Source of the DNA: an uncultured virus (IMG/VR IMGVR_UViG_3300024358_000470)
Lineage: Duplodnaviria > Heunggongvirae > Uroviricota > Caudoviricetes
DNA length: 64,000 nucleotides
Reading direction: 5' to 3' (one strand)
Virus record (IMG/VR): IMGVR_UViG_3300024358_000470
Part shown: one piece after another, positions 37,377-47,887 of the stretch
Numbering within the stretch: the first letter of the stretch is position 1
Layout of the letters: the number at the start of each line of letters is the position of its first letter
Program-made: the position numbers and the translations under genes
Notes under the pieces: generated by a model
Databases searched by the model: none
What the model was told of the DNA's origin: nothing
The model's input: only the letters and a program-made list of their open reading frames with translations

Positions 37377-38365
37377 AGATATTTGTTACTGGATGCGCGG
37401 GACTCCTTGGGTCCAATTATACTCGACATCTTTTAGCGAACGGTCATAAGGTAATAGGTATTGATGATCTTTCTGGTGGATATAAAGCGTTTCTTCCAAA
37501 GGCAGAAAATTTTACATTTGCAAAATTTGATCTTGAAAGGAGAAAAAAAGTAGTTGAATTGTTCGAAGAACATAAACCAGATGTCCTTTTGCATTTTGCT
37601 GCATATGCTGCTGAAGGACTATCACCTTTTATTCGAAACTATAACTATAGAAACAATCTTATTTGTTCTGCCAATTTAATTAATGAATGTATCAAGCACG
37701 ATACTAAAATGATTTTCACCTCTAGTATGGCAGTCTATGGTGAGCAAGAACCACCATTCACTGAAGATAAGCGTCCTCAACCAATTGACCCATATGGTAT
37801 TGCTAAGTATGCTGTCGAGTGTGATTTAAAATTAGCTCACGAACAGTTTGGACTTCGATACAATATTGTTCGTCCTCATAATGTTCTTGGAATTTACCAA
37901 AACATTTGGGACCGTTATCGAAATGTGATTGGTATTTTCATTCGCAAAACTTTGAATGGTCAACCAATTCTTGTTTATGGTGATGGGGAACAGACTCGTG
38001 CTTTCTCCGATATCAAATATTATATGGAACCATTTGATAAACTTCTTACAGAATATGATGGAGAAATTTTTAATATTGGTGCCGATAAACATTTTACTTT
38101 GAATGAGGTTGCTGAAACCGTACAGAAGATTGGTAAGAAATATGGATATGAAGTTCCTATTGAACATGGTGAACCAAGACATGAAGTTAAGCACGCATAT
38201 TGTGATCATACAAAAGCAAAAAGTATGTTAGAATTCAGGGATGAAACAAAACTTGAAGAACTAATTGAAAGTATGTTTATCTGGGCTATGAAGCAACCGA
38301 ATAGAAAAGTGAAGAGTATGGAATATGAAGTTACTAAAGACATTTACGATTATTGGAGAAATTAA
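37373..38365 (+). CDS. NAD-dependent epimerase/dehydratase (GalE-like)
   Basis: TGCAGLLG, SSMAVYG, YGIAK, GDGEQTR. Confidence 0.9.
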   Translation: MKIFVTGCAGLLGSNYTRHLLANGHKVIGIDDLSGGYKAFLPKAENFTFAKFDLERRKKVVELFEEHKPDVLLHFAAYAAEGLSPFIRNYNYRNNLICSANLINECIKHDTKMIFTSSMAVYGEQEPPFTEDKRPQPIDPYGIAKYAVECDLKLAHEQFGLRYNIVRPHNVLGIYQNIWDRYRNVIGIFIRKTLNGQPILVYGDGEQTRAFSDIKYYMEPFDKLLTEYDGEIFNIGADKHFTLNEVAETVQKIGKKYGYEVPIEHGEPRHEVKHAYCDHTKAKSMLEFRDETKLEELIESMFIWAMKQPNRKVKSMEYEVTKDIYDYWRN

Positions 38366-39037
38366 ATGACAACTAGAACTATCGAAATTACAAAACAAGA
38401 TTTTGAATCTAAATCGGAACTGCTGGAATATGATTATGAATTTCTTTCCAAATTGGAAGGAATGTTTGATCATAGTGAAGGTGGATTATTTAATTGGAGA
38501 ACAGCTGAAAATATGGTTCACCAATTAAAATTTCATAAAAAATATTTGCAAAAGATTCAACCAAAGTATATCTTGGAAATTGGAACTTTTAAGGGATTTT
38601 ATTCTTACGTTGTTAAAAAAGAAATACCTGAAGTAAAAGTTTATACTTTTGGTATTAATGAGGAAAGTCAACTTTGTGTTGATGCAATTAATGAACTTTA
38701 TGGTGAAAATTTTATTACTTTTTTTCCCGGAGATTCTTTAGAAACTTTAACTTCTTTTGACAACCCAGATGACATTCCATTTGATATGGCATGGGTAGAT
38801 GGTGGACATAGTTACGAATGTGCTATTTCCGATTTGGTAAATTGTGGAAAATTGGGAATAGAAAATATCTTAATCGATGATTGTGATATGGGACAAGTAA
38901 CCGCTGCCTTAAGAGATTTTTGTAATATGGTTTTTTCCGATAATGAAAATGATTATTCTTATTCTATTAAAGATTATAGTCCAAATGAAAGAATGATAAC
39001 CTATTTGTCCAGAGAAAAAATTTATGAAAATATTTGA
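38366..39037 (+). CDS. Class I SAM methyltransferase (Methyltransf_24-like)
   Basis: LEIGTFKG, GDS, VDGGHSY, LIDD. Confidence 0.8.
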   Translation: MTTRTIEITKQDFESKSELLEYDYEFLSKLEGMFDHSEGGLFNWRTAENMVHQLKFHKKYLQKIQPKYILEIGTFKGFYSYVVKKEIPEVKVYTFGINEESQLCVDAINELYGENFITFFPGDSLETLTSFDNPDDIPFDMAWVDGGHSYECAISDLVNCGKLGIENILIDDCDMGQVTAALRDFCNMVFSDNENDYSYSIKDYSPNERMITYLSREKIYENI

Positions 39038-39878
39038 TTCCTTTAGATTTTTTAATGAGTTAGAGATACTTGAAATACGTTTCAATCTCCTTTATGACTA
39101 TGTGGATTATTTTGTTATAACAGAATGTCCATATACTACTATGGGTGATGAAAAACCTCTTTATTATTTGGAGAACAAAGAACGTTTTTCCAAATTTAAC
39201 GATAAGGTTATTCATGATGTAATGGATGAAATCCCTGTGGATTTTACTGCATTTTTAGAAAAACAAAAATTTCATACTGCATATGAAGACATTGATCCAA
39301 ATTGTGGACAAAGATATATTGATATTCCTCTCCCCTATCAAAGGGATATGTATGCAAGAAATTATACTGCAGTCTCGATTGAAAAAGCAGGAGTGACTGA
39401 TGATGATATTGTTATAACAAGTGATGCTGATGAAATTGTAAATCCATTAATTTTAGAAAATCTAAATTGGTTTAATCCTAATAATTTATATGTTGCAATG
39501 CAGAGAGCATTTTATTATAATCTTAATACTCATTATCATGATAATTGGAGAGGTTCAAGAATTTGTACTTGGAAAAAAATAAAAAATCTTTCTATAGACA
39601 AACTGAGAGATAGTATGTGGAATGAATCTTATCGAATTCAAGATGGTGGATGGCATTGGAGTTATTTTGGTGGTGTGGAAAGATATAAACAAAAAATGGT
39701 CGCAGGTGCCGATGCTCAACCTTCAATAATAGTGAATGCCGAAGATATAGTCAGTGAAAAGAAAGACCCTTTGGGTAGAGGTGTAAATTATTTTCCTGTT
39801 CCTATAGATGAATCATTTCCACAGTACATTGTAGATAATCAAGAAAAATATTCAGAATTTATTACGCCATGGAATTGA
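39024..39878 (+). CDS. Glycosyltransferase family 17-like
   Basis: FFNELEILEIR, SDADEI, GGWHWSY. Confidence 0.82.
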   Translation: MKIFDSFRFFNELEILEIRFNLLYDYVDYFVITECPYTTMGDEKPLYYLENKERFSKFNDKVIHDVMDEIPVDFTAFLEKQKFHTAYEDIDPNCGQRYIDIPLPYQRDMYARNYTAVSIEKAGVTDDDIVITSDADEIVNPLILENLNWFNPNNLYVAMQRAFYYNLNTHYHDNWRGSRICTWKKIKNLSIDKLRDSMWNESYRIQDGGWHWSYFGGVERYKQKMVAGADAQPSIIVNAEDIVSEKKDPLGRGVNYFPVPIDESFPQYIVDNQEKYSEFITPWN

Positions 39879-40801
39879 TTGAAGGTGTAGCACTTTCAAA
39901 ACTATGTGATTATTCTTTCGGAGACCAGTCTGGTCAATGGGGGAATATTTTTACATCATTTATGAAAGATGCTAATTTATTGAATCTTGAATTCGTTAAT
40001 AGATTATTTGAGATTAAAAAAAGCAGAGATTATATGACTCTGTTTATTGATAATATTCGTTTATATAAAAGACATATTGTTGAGGTTAGTGATTCTGATA
40101 GACCATATGTCAATTCATTAATGGAAAGGAGTGATTTATTAAATCTTTGCTCAAATTTTCCTGAAATGAATTTTATTATTTTCACAAATCTTGAGGATAC
40201 TCCCATTGATGATTATATCTTTGACTTGATACCCAATAATGTTTTGTGCATTTCTGCAGTAAATGCTATTGCTAATGGTGGAAAAGTTATCCCAGCTCCT
40301 TATGGACTGCAGAGAGCAATGAATCCTAATGATATGAGAGTATCTGAAATTAAAGGCGCTTCAAAAAATCTTCCAAATAATCCTCCCGGACTTTTATATG
40401 TGAGTCACAACGAATCTTCCAATGAAGAAAGGAAGGGAATAAAAGAAATGTTCAGGAATAAATCTTGGGCAGTGGTACATGAAAATAGAGTTTCTTTTTC
40501 TGTGTTTCTTTATAATCTTAGTCAATCAAAATTTATGATATGCCCAAGAGGAAATGCTATTGATTGTCATCGTAATTGGGAAGTTCTTTATATGAGAAGA
40601 GTTCCAATTATGAAGAGGCATCTTTATTTGGAAACTTTATTTGCAGATTACCCTGTTCTTTTTGTGGATAAATACTCCGAAGTAAATGAAAATCTATTAA
40701 TAGAAAACGATCATTTATTCCAAAAAGCTCAAAAAATGGATTTGTCTGGATTGACACTTCCAAAATTTTTTGATAATATCGTAAATAAGTACACGAATTA
40801 A
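39869..40801 (+). CDS. Exostosin/GT47-like glycosyltransferase
   Basis: SKFMICPRGNAIDCHRNWE. Confidence 0.6.
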   Translation: MELIEGVALSKLCDYSFGDQSGQWGNIFTSFMKDANLLNLEFVNRLFEIKKSRDYMTLFIDNIRLYKRHIVEVSDSDRPYVNSLMERSDLLNLCSNFPEMNFIIFTNLEDTPIDDYIFDLIPNNVLCISAVNAIANGGKVIPAPYGLQRAMNPNDMRVSEIKGASKNLPNNPPGLLYVSHNESSNEERKGIKEMFRNKSWAVVHENRVSFSVFLYNLSQSKFMICPRGNAIDCHRNWEVLYMRRVPIMKRHLYLETLFADYPVLFVDKYSEVNENLLIENDHLFQKAQKMDLSGLTLPKFFDNIVNKYTN

Positions 40802-41398
40802 ATGAAGTATCTAACTGATTTTTGTAATAAAGCTTTAAACGGAAACCTAGATTCTGATAGGCATATTATTACAATTTTTTCAATCGCTTTGGCATCTAAA
40901 GGTTCTACATATGTTGAACTTGGTGTTAGGGAAGGACATACCACAGAACCTTTATATGAAGCAGCAAAGTTAAATAACGGACATCTGTGGTCTGTTGATC
41001 TTAATCCACCGTCAGAATTTAAACCAAATAATGGCAACTATACATTTCATCAAGGAGATAGTATCAAGTTCCTTGAAGATTGGCCTAAGGATAAAAAAAT
41101 AGATGTTGTTTATGTCGATGACTGGCATTCATATCCTCATGTTAAAAAGCAGTTAGAACTTCTTGATGAATTAGTTGGTCCAACAAGTGTTATTCTTTTG
41201 CACGATTTGATGTATGGAAGCACTGACCCATTCTACCATTCTGATCTTACACTTAAAGATGGTCAATGGGCTGGTGGTGGTCCATATAGAGCAGTAGCAG
41301 AACTTGACCCACAATTCTGGGAATGGTCAACACTTCCTTGGAATAATGGTCTTACTATTTTGAGAAAAAAATACAGTAACAAATATCATCGGAGATAA
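40802..41398 (+). CDS. Class I SAM methyltransferase (Methyltransf_24-like)
   Basis: VELGVREG, SVD, GDS, DDWHSY, LHD. Confidence 0.8.
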   Translation: MKYLTDFCNKALNGNLDSDRHIITIFSIALASKGSTYVELGVREGHTTEPLYEAAKLNNGHLWSVDLNPPSEFKPNNGNYTFHQGDSIKFLEDWPKDKKIDVVYVDDWHSYPHVKKQLELLDELVGPTSVILLHDLMYGSTDPFYHSDLTLKDGQWAGGGPYRAVAELDPQFWEWSTLPWNNGLTILRKKYSNKYHRR

Positions 41399-41400
41399 TT

Positions 41401-42345
41401 ATGTTAGCAGTAAGTATTCATGAACACGCGGGTTTGGGAAACCAAATCTGGAGAGCGGTTTGTTGTCGTGTCTTTGCTGATCGTTTGGGTTATGATTATG
41501 CGATTAGTTCACCCGGTTGGAGAGGTCCATTTTTAAATTTTGATTTTGGAAAAGATATCTCTCTTAATGTAGAACAAGCATCTGATTTTTATGACTGTAG
41601 AGAACTTCCCGATGGTATCTTACATTATTATGAAGAAGAAAGCATCCATCATAAAACTGCTCCTGGAGAAATTGGAGCAGCAGATAAAAATTTCTTTACA
41701 GTAAAGGATAATACTTATATTAATGGTAACTTCCAGAGGATGTCTTATATTGAAGATTATCGAGATAAAATATGTGACTGGTTATCTTATGACGACAAAT
41801 ATAAAGTCCGGGACTATTCTTCGGAAAATATCTGTGTAATTCAAATTAGGGGTGGTGACTACAAAACTGGGCATTCGGTACTACCTGCTGAGTATTATCG
41901 ATTTGCTATGAAGCATATGAAAGAAAATAATCCAGATATTGAGTTTGTAATCATTACTGATGACCCAGAGTTTGCTGGTCAATTAGTTCCTGGTGTTAAG
42001 ATTGTTGGATCTGCAATTTCTGAAGAAAAGGATCCTTACCAAAAGAATATCAGTTGGTATATTTATCCTGGTGGTCCAGTATCTATTGATTATAGTATTT
42101 TGAATACTGCTAAGTATGCTATTATTTCAGCATCTACTTTTGCATTTTGGCCAGTTTGGACTAATAATGAACTTATTAATGTAATTGCACCTAAGTATTG
42201 GTTTGATTGGTCTCGCTCTAATGGTTGGTGGAGACCTGAAGATGGAATCGTAAATGATGAAAGATGGTTATGGTTGGATACTGATGGAGATTTATATCCG
42301 GGTAGTGTGTGTAAGGAAGAGCGGGATAATTATTACGTGAAATAA
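41401..42345 (+). CDS. Glycosyltransferase family 11-like
   Basis: GLGNQ, IRGGDY, STFAFW. Confidence 0.8.
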   Translation: MLAVSIHEHAGLGNQIWRAVCCRVFADRLGYDYAISSPGWRGPFLNFDFGKDISLNVEQASDFYDCRELPDGILHYYEEESIHHKTAPGEIGAADKNFFTVKDNTYINGNFQRMSYIEDYRDKICDWLSYDDKYKVRDYSSENICVIQIRGGDYKTGHSVLPAEYYRFAMKHMKENNPDIEFVIITDDPEFAGQLVPGVKIVGSAISEEKDPYQKNISWYIYPGGPVSIDYSILNTAKYAIISASTFAFWPVWTNNELINVIAPKYWFDWSRSNGWWRPEDGIVNDERWLWLDTDGDLYPGSVCKEERDNYYVK

Positions 42346-42348
42346 TCT

Positions 42349-43422
42349 ATGAAAATCATTAAAGAAAAAGTATTAAGCGAGAAAGAGAAGCACTATTCAT
42401 ATCCAATCAAGGTTGATAGTGATGAAGATGTAGTTTCTCTTAGTGATGCTAAGAGTACGGGAATGATTTTCTTGGGCGAGAGGGAAATAAACTATCCCAA
42501 GTTGTGGGATGGTGAAGAGTTTAAACTACCATTTAATGAATTTTTATTGAAAGAATATGATAATTCCTACTTTAGAATGATAGGTATTGAAAACTTTACT
42601 TATTATTGTGAGGGAAGTAGGGTAGAAGCTTTAAATATAGAACCATCATATGTTGACTTAGAGTTTGACCGAGTATTCTCTGCTCTAAATTATGGTGGTT
42701 ATATATGGCAACACTTTGTTCAAGATGCTCTACCCATTATCGCATTTGCAAGAGAATTTCTTGAACAGAATCCTGATGTAACAATTTTATTATATGAAGG
42801 TGTTAATAAGAAATCTATATCTGACTTTTTTCTCAATAAATTAAATTTAAAAAACCCAGTATATTATGTTCCAAATTATACTCCATTTAGGTATGCTGAA
42901 ATTTTAGCAAGAGCAAACAAGTTATATCTACTTGATTGTAATAATCATATGCCTTGTTATTGGTGGAATAACTTTTTCTATCAAGAGGCTAATGAGTTTA
43001 TATTGAGAGATGAGAAATTTGAAAATAAAAATTTAATTTATCTGAACAGAAACAAAACAGCAACCTCAAGAATTTTTATTAATGAAGAAGAAACTGTTGA
43101 TTACTTGAAACAATATGCAGAGAAAAACGATTTGAATTTTATAGATTATATTGACACAAATTATACGATTGAAGAAACATTTGATATTTTTAAAAATGCA
43201 CATACTGTAGTTGGGTGCCATGGCGGAGCAAATTATAATATAATATTCTGCCCTAAAGGTACAAAATTTATAGAGTATGTGTTTACAGATTGCATGTATA
43301 CATTGTATAATATTGCTAGCTCTATAGAATTGGATTACTTTATAGTTCCTAATCGCGGAACTAATATGTCCGAAGGTGCTTTAGTAAAAATAAATAAACT
43401 GCAAAGATTATTGGAGAAATAG
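42349..43422 (+). CDS. Glycosyltransferase family 61-like
   Basis: WQHFVQD, R..R...NEEE, VGCHGGANYN. Confidence 0.72.
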   Translation: MKIIKEKVLSEKEKHYSYPIKVDSDEDVVSLSDAKSTGMIFLGEREINYPKLWDGEEFKLPFNEFLLKEYDNSYFRMIGIENFTYYCEGSRVEALNIEPSYVDLEFDRVFSALNYGGYIWQHFVQDALPIIAFAREFLEQNPDVTILLYEGVNKKSISDFFLNKLNLKNPVYYVPNYTPFRYAEILARANKLYLLDCNNHMPCYWWNNFFYQEANEFILRDEKFENKNLIYLNRNKTATSRIFINEEETVDYLKQYAEKNDLNFIDYIDTNYTIEETFDIFKNAHTVVGCHGGANYNIIFCPKGTKFIEYVFTDCMYTLYNIASSIELDYFIVPNRGTNMSEGALVKINKLQRLLEK

Positions 43423-43423
43423 A

Positions 43424-43963
43424 ATGGATTTTTATTTGGATGGAATGCGTGAAGAGTATTCCAGAGAGTTGACTAATAGTGTGAAGCAAAATACTAATGT
43501 TTATACTGTTGGATGGAGACCAGATTCTCATATGTGGCAGTATGATTTCTTTAAAGAGAGGAATTGTAATATAACTCTTATTGAAATTTTTGAACCTAAT
43601 GCTAATGCATTTCCGAAGGAAGAATATAATGCTACTGTAGTATGTGATTCTGTTGAAAATTTCGCTCAGTATGTAAACAAAGAAGAGAAAGATAAAAATA
43701 TTTTATATTGGTCTGATGGTCCAGAGCATCTGGAGATGGATGCTTCTAAAAAACTTTTGGAAGAAGCAAAAGAATATTTTTCTCTTATTATAATCCAAAC
43801 TCCAAATGGTGTTTATGAGCAAGGTGAGATGTATGGTAATATTCATGAATCTCATCTGAGTTCTTGGTACGAATCTGATTATGAAGAACTTGGATTTAAG
43901 TTGGATAAAACCCATGGACCTGCTCATAATTTTGATGCTCTGATTGGTTTCTGGATTGGTTGA
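43424..43963 (+). CDS. Hypothetical protein, methyltransferase-like
   Basis: IEIFEPN, DGPEHL, TPNG...HLSSW. Confidence 0.5.
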   Translation: MDFYLDGMREEYSRELTNSVKQNTNVYTVGWRPDSHMWQYDFFKERNCNITLIEIFEPNANAFPKEEYNATVVCDSVENFAQYVNKEEKDKNILYWSDGPEHLEMDASKKLLEEAKEYFSLIIIQTPNGVYEQGEMYGNIHESHLSSWYESDYEELGFKLDKTHGPAHNFDALIGFWIG

Positions 43964-43981
43964 GAATAATAAAAATAATAT

Positions 43982-44686
43982 ATGATTAATCTTCCTGATG
44001 TAACTCTGTTTACTATAGACACTACTGGAGAAATTGATAAAACCCTTCGTGCTTTATATACAAGTATGAGTGGTATTAATTATGGTGCTGTTAAATTAGT
44101 AACAACAAAAGAGCAAATAGAAAAACATAAAGATCAACTTGAAAATGATGGAATTATCTTAGAAGAACCTACAATAGAAGTTAATAATTACAACGATTAT
44201 AATTATTATGTAATTTATAAAATTTGTGAACATATAGAAACATCTCACTGTTTGTTAGTTCAACCAGATGGATTTGTTTTGTTCCCCGAAAAGTGGGATG
44301 ATAGTTGGTTGGAATATGATTACATAGGCGCTCCTTGGGAATATGTTGAGGATTCTTATATTGATCCTTTTGGAAATCATCATCGAGTTGGTAATGGTGG
44401 ATTTTCTTTGAGAAGTAAAAAACTTCTAAATGTTCCAAATAAAGTTGAAGTTCCTTGGGAGGTAAACAATAGTGATTTCTATTGGATGCCCCCTGGAGTT
44501 GTTAACTATCATGAGGACGGAAACATATGTGTACACAACAGACACATATTTGTTGAGCAAGGATGTAAGTTTGCTCCGGTTGAAGTTGCTGTTAAATTTT
44601 CTCAGGAAGCAAGAGTTCCTGAGTGTGAAGGGATCACTCCCTTCGGATTTCATTATAGATTGCCTCCAGGAGTTGTATTAGAATGA
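43982..44686 (+). CDS. DUF5672-like putative glycosyltransferase
   Basis: VQPDG, YDYIGAPW, VGNGGFSLRS, FGFH. Confidence 0.75.
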   Translation: MINLPDVTLFTIDTTGEIDKTLRALYTSMSGINYGAVKLVTTKEQIEKHKDQLENDGIILEEPTIEVNNYNDYNYYVIYKICEHIETSHCLLVQPDGFVLFPEKWDDSWLEYDYIGAPWEYVEDSYIDPFGNHHRVGNGGFSLRSKKLLNVPNKVEVPWEVNNSDFYWMPPGVVNYHEDGNICVHNRHIFVEQGCKFAPVEVAVKFSQEARVPECEGITPFGFHYRLPPGVVLE

Positions 44687-45483
44687 TAGGACATAATCAC
44701 TTAGGTAAAAATGGGAGATTTGGGAATCAAATGTTCCAATATGCATCAACGAGGGGTATCGCTGCTGCTCGTGGATATGATTTTATTATTCCTGATGGAC
44801 CAAGAACCGATGAAGAGTTTTATGATGAAGAAAACCAACATAAACTTTTCATGGCATTTAAAATGTCGGGACTTAAAAATGTTGGATTATTGAAAGCACC
44901 ATACAAACAAGAAAGTTCTTTCGGATATGATAAAGAACTTGTGAAAAGATGTCCTGATGATATTAATCTCTATGGATATTTTCAATCCGAAAGATATTTC
45001 TGGCACATTGAAAATGAAATTCGCCAAGACTTTACTTGGAGAGATGATGTTTGGAATACCTGCAAAGAAATATTCGATCAAGTAGTTCCCGAAGGTAAAG
45101 CAATTTCTTTGCATGTAAGAAGAACCGATCAAGTGGAGAAAAAAGATTATCATTATCTTCAGACAGATGAATATTTTGCTGAAGCACTTTCTAAACTTCC
45201 GCAAGATATTCCTGTAATTGTATTTTCCGATGAACCAAAGTGGTGTCAGAATAGTAATTTGTTTGAGGATGATAGATTTTTAATTTCGGAATCAAGTGAT
45301 AATATTCATGATATGTGCCTCATGTCCATGTGCCAATATCATATCATTGCTGCAAGTACTTTTAGTTGGTGGGGTGCTTGGCTTGCTAAAAGTGAAAAAG
45401 TTATTTGTCCCAAGAATTGGTTTGGACCAAGTTCGGATGTTGATGATAAAGATTTAGTTCCTGATGGTTGGGAGAGAATCTGA
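44683..45483 (+). CDS. Alpha-1,2-fucosyltransferase-like (GT11)
   Basis: GRFGNQMFQY, HVRRTD, STFSWWGAWL. Confidence 0.88.
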   Translation: MIGHNHLGKNGRFGNQMFQYASTRGIAAARGYDFIIPDGPRTDEEFYDEENQHKLFMAFKMSGLKNVGLLKAPYKQESSFGYDKELVKRCPDDINLYGYFQSERYFWHIENEIRQDFTWRDDVWNTCKEIFDQVVPEGKAISLHVRRTDQVEKKDYHYLQTDEYFAEALSKLPQDIPVIVFSDEPKWCQNSNLFEDDRFLISESSDNIHDMCLMSMCQYHIIAASTFSWWGAWLAKSEKVICPKNWFGPSSDVDDKDLVPDGWERI

Positions 45484-46238
45484 TGAGATTTTCTATTGCT
45501 ATTCCTGCCCATGACCGTGGAGAAAATGGTTCAATATGGATGAGAGAACTGCTTGATTCCATTAAGAGGCAAACTCTTCTTGATTTGGAAATTGTTGTTT
45601 CTGACCAGAGTAAAAATGATAATATCTTGAATGTCTGTCAAGAATACTCTGATGACTTTGAGTTTAAGTATGTGAGGTATGAAGGAAAAGTTCCCTGCGA
45701 AAATATTAATATTGCTTTAGATGAGTGTGAGGGAGAGATAATTAAGATTATGTTCTCTGATGATATTTTTGTGAACGATTCTGCTCTTGAAATAATAGAC
45801 CAAGAATATAAACAAACTAATTGTAAGTGGGCATTTAGTGGATTCTGTGGAACTAAAGATGGCAAACAATTTTATGATTACAAAACTCCAAAGTGGTCTG
45901 ACTATATGTTGGAGGGAAGAAATCTTTTAAGTAGTCCAACAGTTGTCTCTTTTTTGAATACTTCTAAACAACACTTTGATGAAAATTTGAAACTATTTTT
46001 AGACACAGAATTTTATCATCGCATGAGGTGGGAAAATGGTATGCCTCATATTATTGAAGATACATTAGTTGCAAATAGAGATCATGATGATAGAATTAGT
46101 AGTCAACAAACCTCTCAATATGATGCTGCAATTGAACATCCGGAAGGTGGGTGGTTAATCAATACCAAAGAATATCATTATATACAGGATAAGCATAGAG
46201 ATTTTTGCATGAACAGGAAGTATCCAGATGAAAATTGA
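45483..46238 (+). CDS. Glycosyltransferase family 2
   Basis: FSIAIP, EIVVSD, FSDD. Confidence 0.78.
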   Translation: MRFSIAIPAHDRGENGSIWMRELLDSIKRQTLLDLEIVVSDQSKNDNILNVCQEYSDDFEFKYVRYEGKVPCENINIALDECEGEIIKIMFSDDIFVNDSALEIIDQEYKQTNCKWAFSGFCGTKDGKQFYDYKTPKWSDYMLEGRNLLSSPTVVSFLNTSKQHFDENLKLFLDTEFYHRMRWENGMPHIIEDTLVANRDHDDRISSQQTSQYDAAIEHPEGGWLINTKEYHYIQDKHRDFCMNRKYPDEN

Positions 46239-47043
46239 TTTAAAGGAAGCAACATTTATTATTCCTATTCGGATTGAATCTCAAGATAGGTTGCGTAATG
46301 TTATTACAACAACGGCGTTTCTTCTGGAAAATTTTGATACTAATATCACCATCAAAGAAGTAGATTCAGAATCAGTTTTTCAAAAGGATGCTCTTCCCAT
46401 TCTCAAGGATATTTTGGATGTTGAAATAAATGTGAACCATATCTTTGAGAAGAGTGATGATCCTCTATTTCATCGTCAAAGAGTTCTGAATGAAATGATT
46501 GCCGAATCCAAAACAGAAATCGTTGTAAATTATGACTGTGATGTTTTGCTTCCTTTAGATTCATATCATGAAGCATATCAATCTATTCTTCATCATACTC
46601 ACGATGTAATCTATCCTTATGGACAAGGAATGCATCAGTATCAGGTTAGAGCAACTGATGAGATTGTCTCTGAATTTTTAGAAACAAAAGATTATCAAGT
46701 GCTCGATAAGAATTCTAATCTTCATACTTCTGACTTTGGTTGGGTTCAGTTCTTTAATCGTAAAGTCTACATTGATGGTGGGATGGAAAATGAAAATTTC
46801 AAAGCATATGCACCAGAAGATAAAGAAAGATTTTACAGGTTTACTACTTTAGATTATAATGTAGGTAGGATTACTGATTATGTTTATCACTTAGAACATA
46901 GTCGAGGGGAAAATTCTTGGTTTAGTAATCCACATATGCAATCAAATATGCAAGAGTGGGAAAAAATTCAAACTATGAATAAAGAGCAATTAAAAGAATA
47001 TTATTCTAAGCAAAATTATCTTAAAAAATATGTTAGCATTTAA
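46228..47043 (+). CDS. GT-A glycosyltransferase (GT2/GT7-like)
   Basis: FIIPIR, YDCD, GGMENENF..Y.PED, YHLEH. Confidence 0.75.
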   Translation: MKIDLKEATFIIPIRIESQDRLRNVITTTAFLLENFDTNITIKEVDSESVFQKDALPILKDILDVEINVNHIFEKSDDPLFHRQRVLNEMIAESKTEIVVNYDCDVLLPLDSYHEAYQSILHHTHDVIYPYGQGMHQYQVRATDEIVSEFLETKDYQVLDKNSNLHTSDFGWVQFFNRKVYIDGGMENENFKAYAPEDKERFYRFTTLDYNVGRITDYVYHLEHSRGENSWFSNPHMQSNMQEWEKIQTMNKEQLKEYYSKQNYLKKYVSI

Positions 47044-47887
47044 TCAGATTGGAAATCTTGGTAGACTTGGAAATCAAATGTTCGAATATGCAGCAGTGAG
47101 AGGTATTGCTGCCAAGCATGGATATAATTGGTGTATCCCCCCATTCAACAGAAACGGTATTGAAAATTACAGTCTTCATCAGTGTTTTAAGTTAGAATCT
47201 GTTAAGGAGGAAAACTTAGCAGTCAGAGATGATTTTGGATATGTTCAGGAAAGGTTCTTTCACTTTGATGATGAACTCTTTGAAAATTGCCCAAATGATG
47301 TAAGTATTCACGGGTTCTTTCAATCTGAAAAATATTTCAAACATATTTCAGATGAAATTAGAAAAGACTTTACATTTCACGATGAGCATCTTGGACCATG
47401 TAAAGAAATGATGAGTTCCCTTGAAGGACAAGAACCGATTATGCTTCATGTTCGTAGAGGTGATCCTAATCTTACAGACCCTCGTGGATTTAAGTGGAGT
47501 TATACTCAGTGTTCTTCGCAACATCCTCCACAAACAATTGAATACTATGAAAAAGCATTAGCAGAGTTTGATGATGAGCAACCAGTTGTTATTTTTTCCG
47601 ACTCTCCCGAATGGGTAAAGGAACAGGAGTTTTTCTCTGGTGATCGCTTTCTTCATTCTGAACCACAGGAAAAATATGCAGATGGTTCCTATACTCCATA
47701 CTCCGATTTGTGCTTGATGTCTCTGTGTTCTCATGCTATTATTGCTAATAGTAGTATGAGTTGGTGGGGTGCTTGGTTAATTTCTAATCCAAATAAAAAG
47801 GTCATTGCACCTAAAAATTGGTTTGGACCTTCTTATGCCGATAAAGATACTAAAGACCTTTATGTAGAAAACTGGATTGTGTTATGA
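47030..47887 (+). CDS. Alpha-1,2-fucosyltransferase-like (GT11)
   Basis: GRLGNQMF, HVRRGD, NSSMSWWGAWL. Confidence 0.88.
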   Translation: MLAFNQIGNLGRLGNQMFEYAAVRGIAAKHGYNWCIPPFNRNGIENYSLHQCFKLESVKEENLAVRDDFGYVQERFFHFDDELFENCPNDVSIHGFFQSEKYFKHISDEIRKDFTFHDEHLGPCKEMMSSLEGQEPIMLHVRRGDPNLTDPRGFKWSYTQCSSQHPPQTIEYYEKALAEFDDEQPVVIFSDSPEWVKEQEFFSGDRFLHSEPQEKYADGSYTPYSDLCLMSLCSHAIIANSSMSWWGAWLISNPNKKVIAPKNWFGPSYADKDTKDLYVENWIVL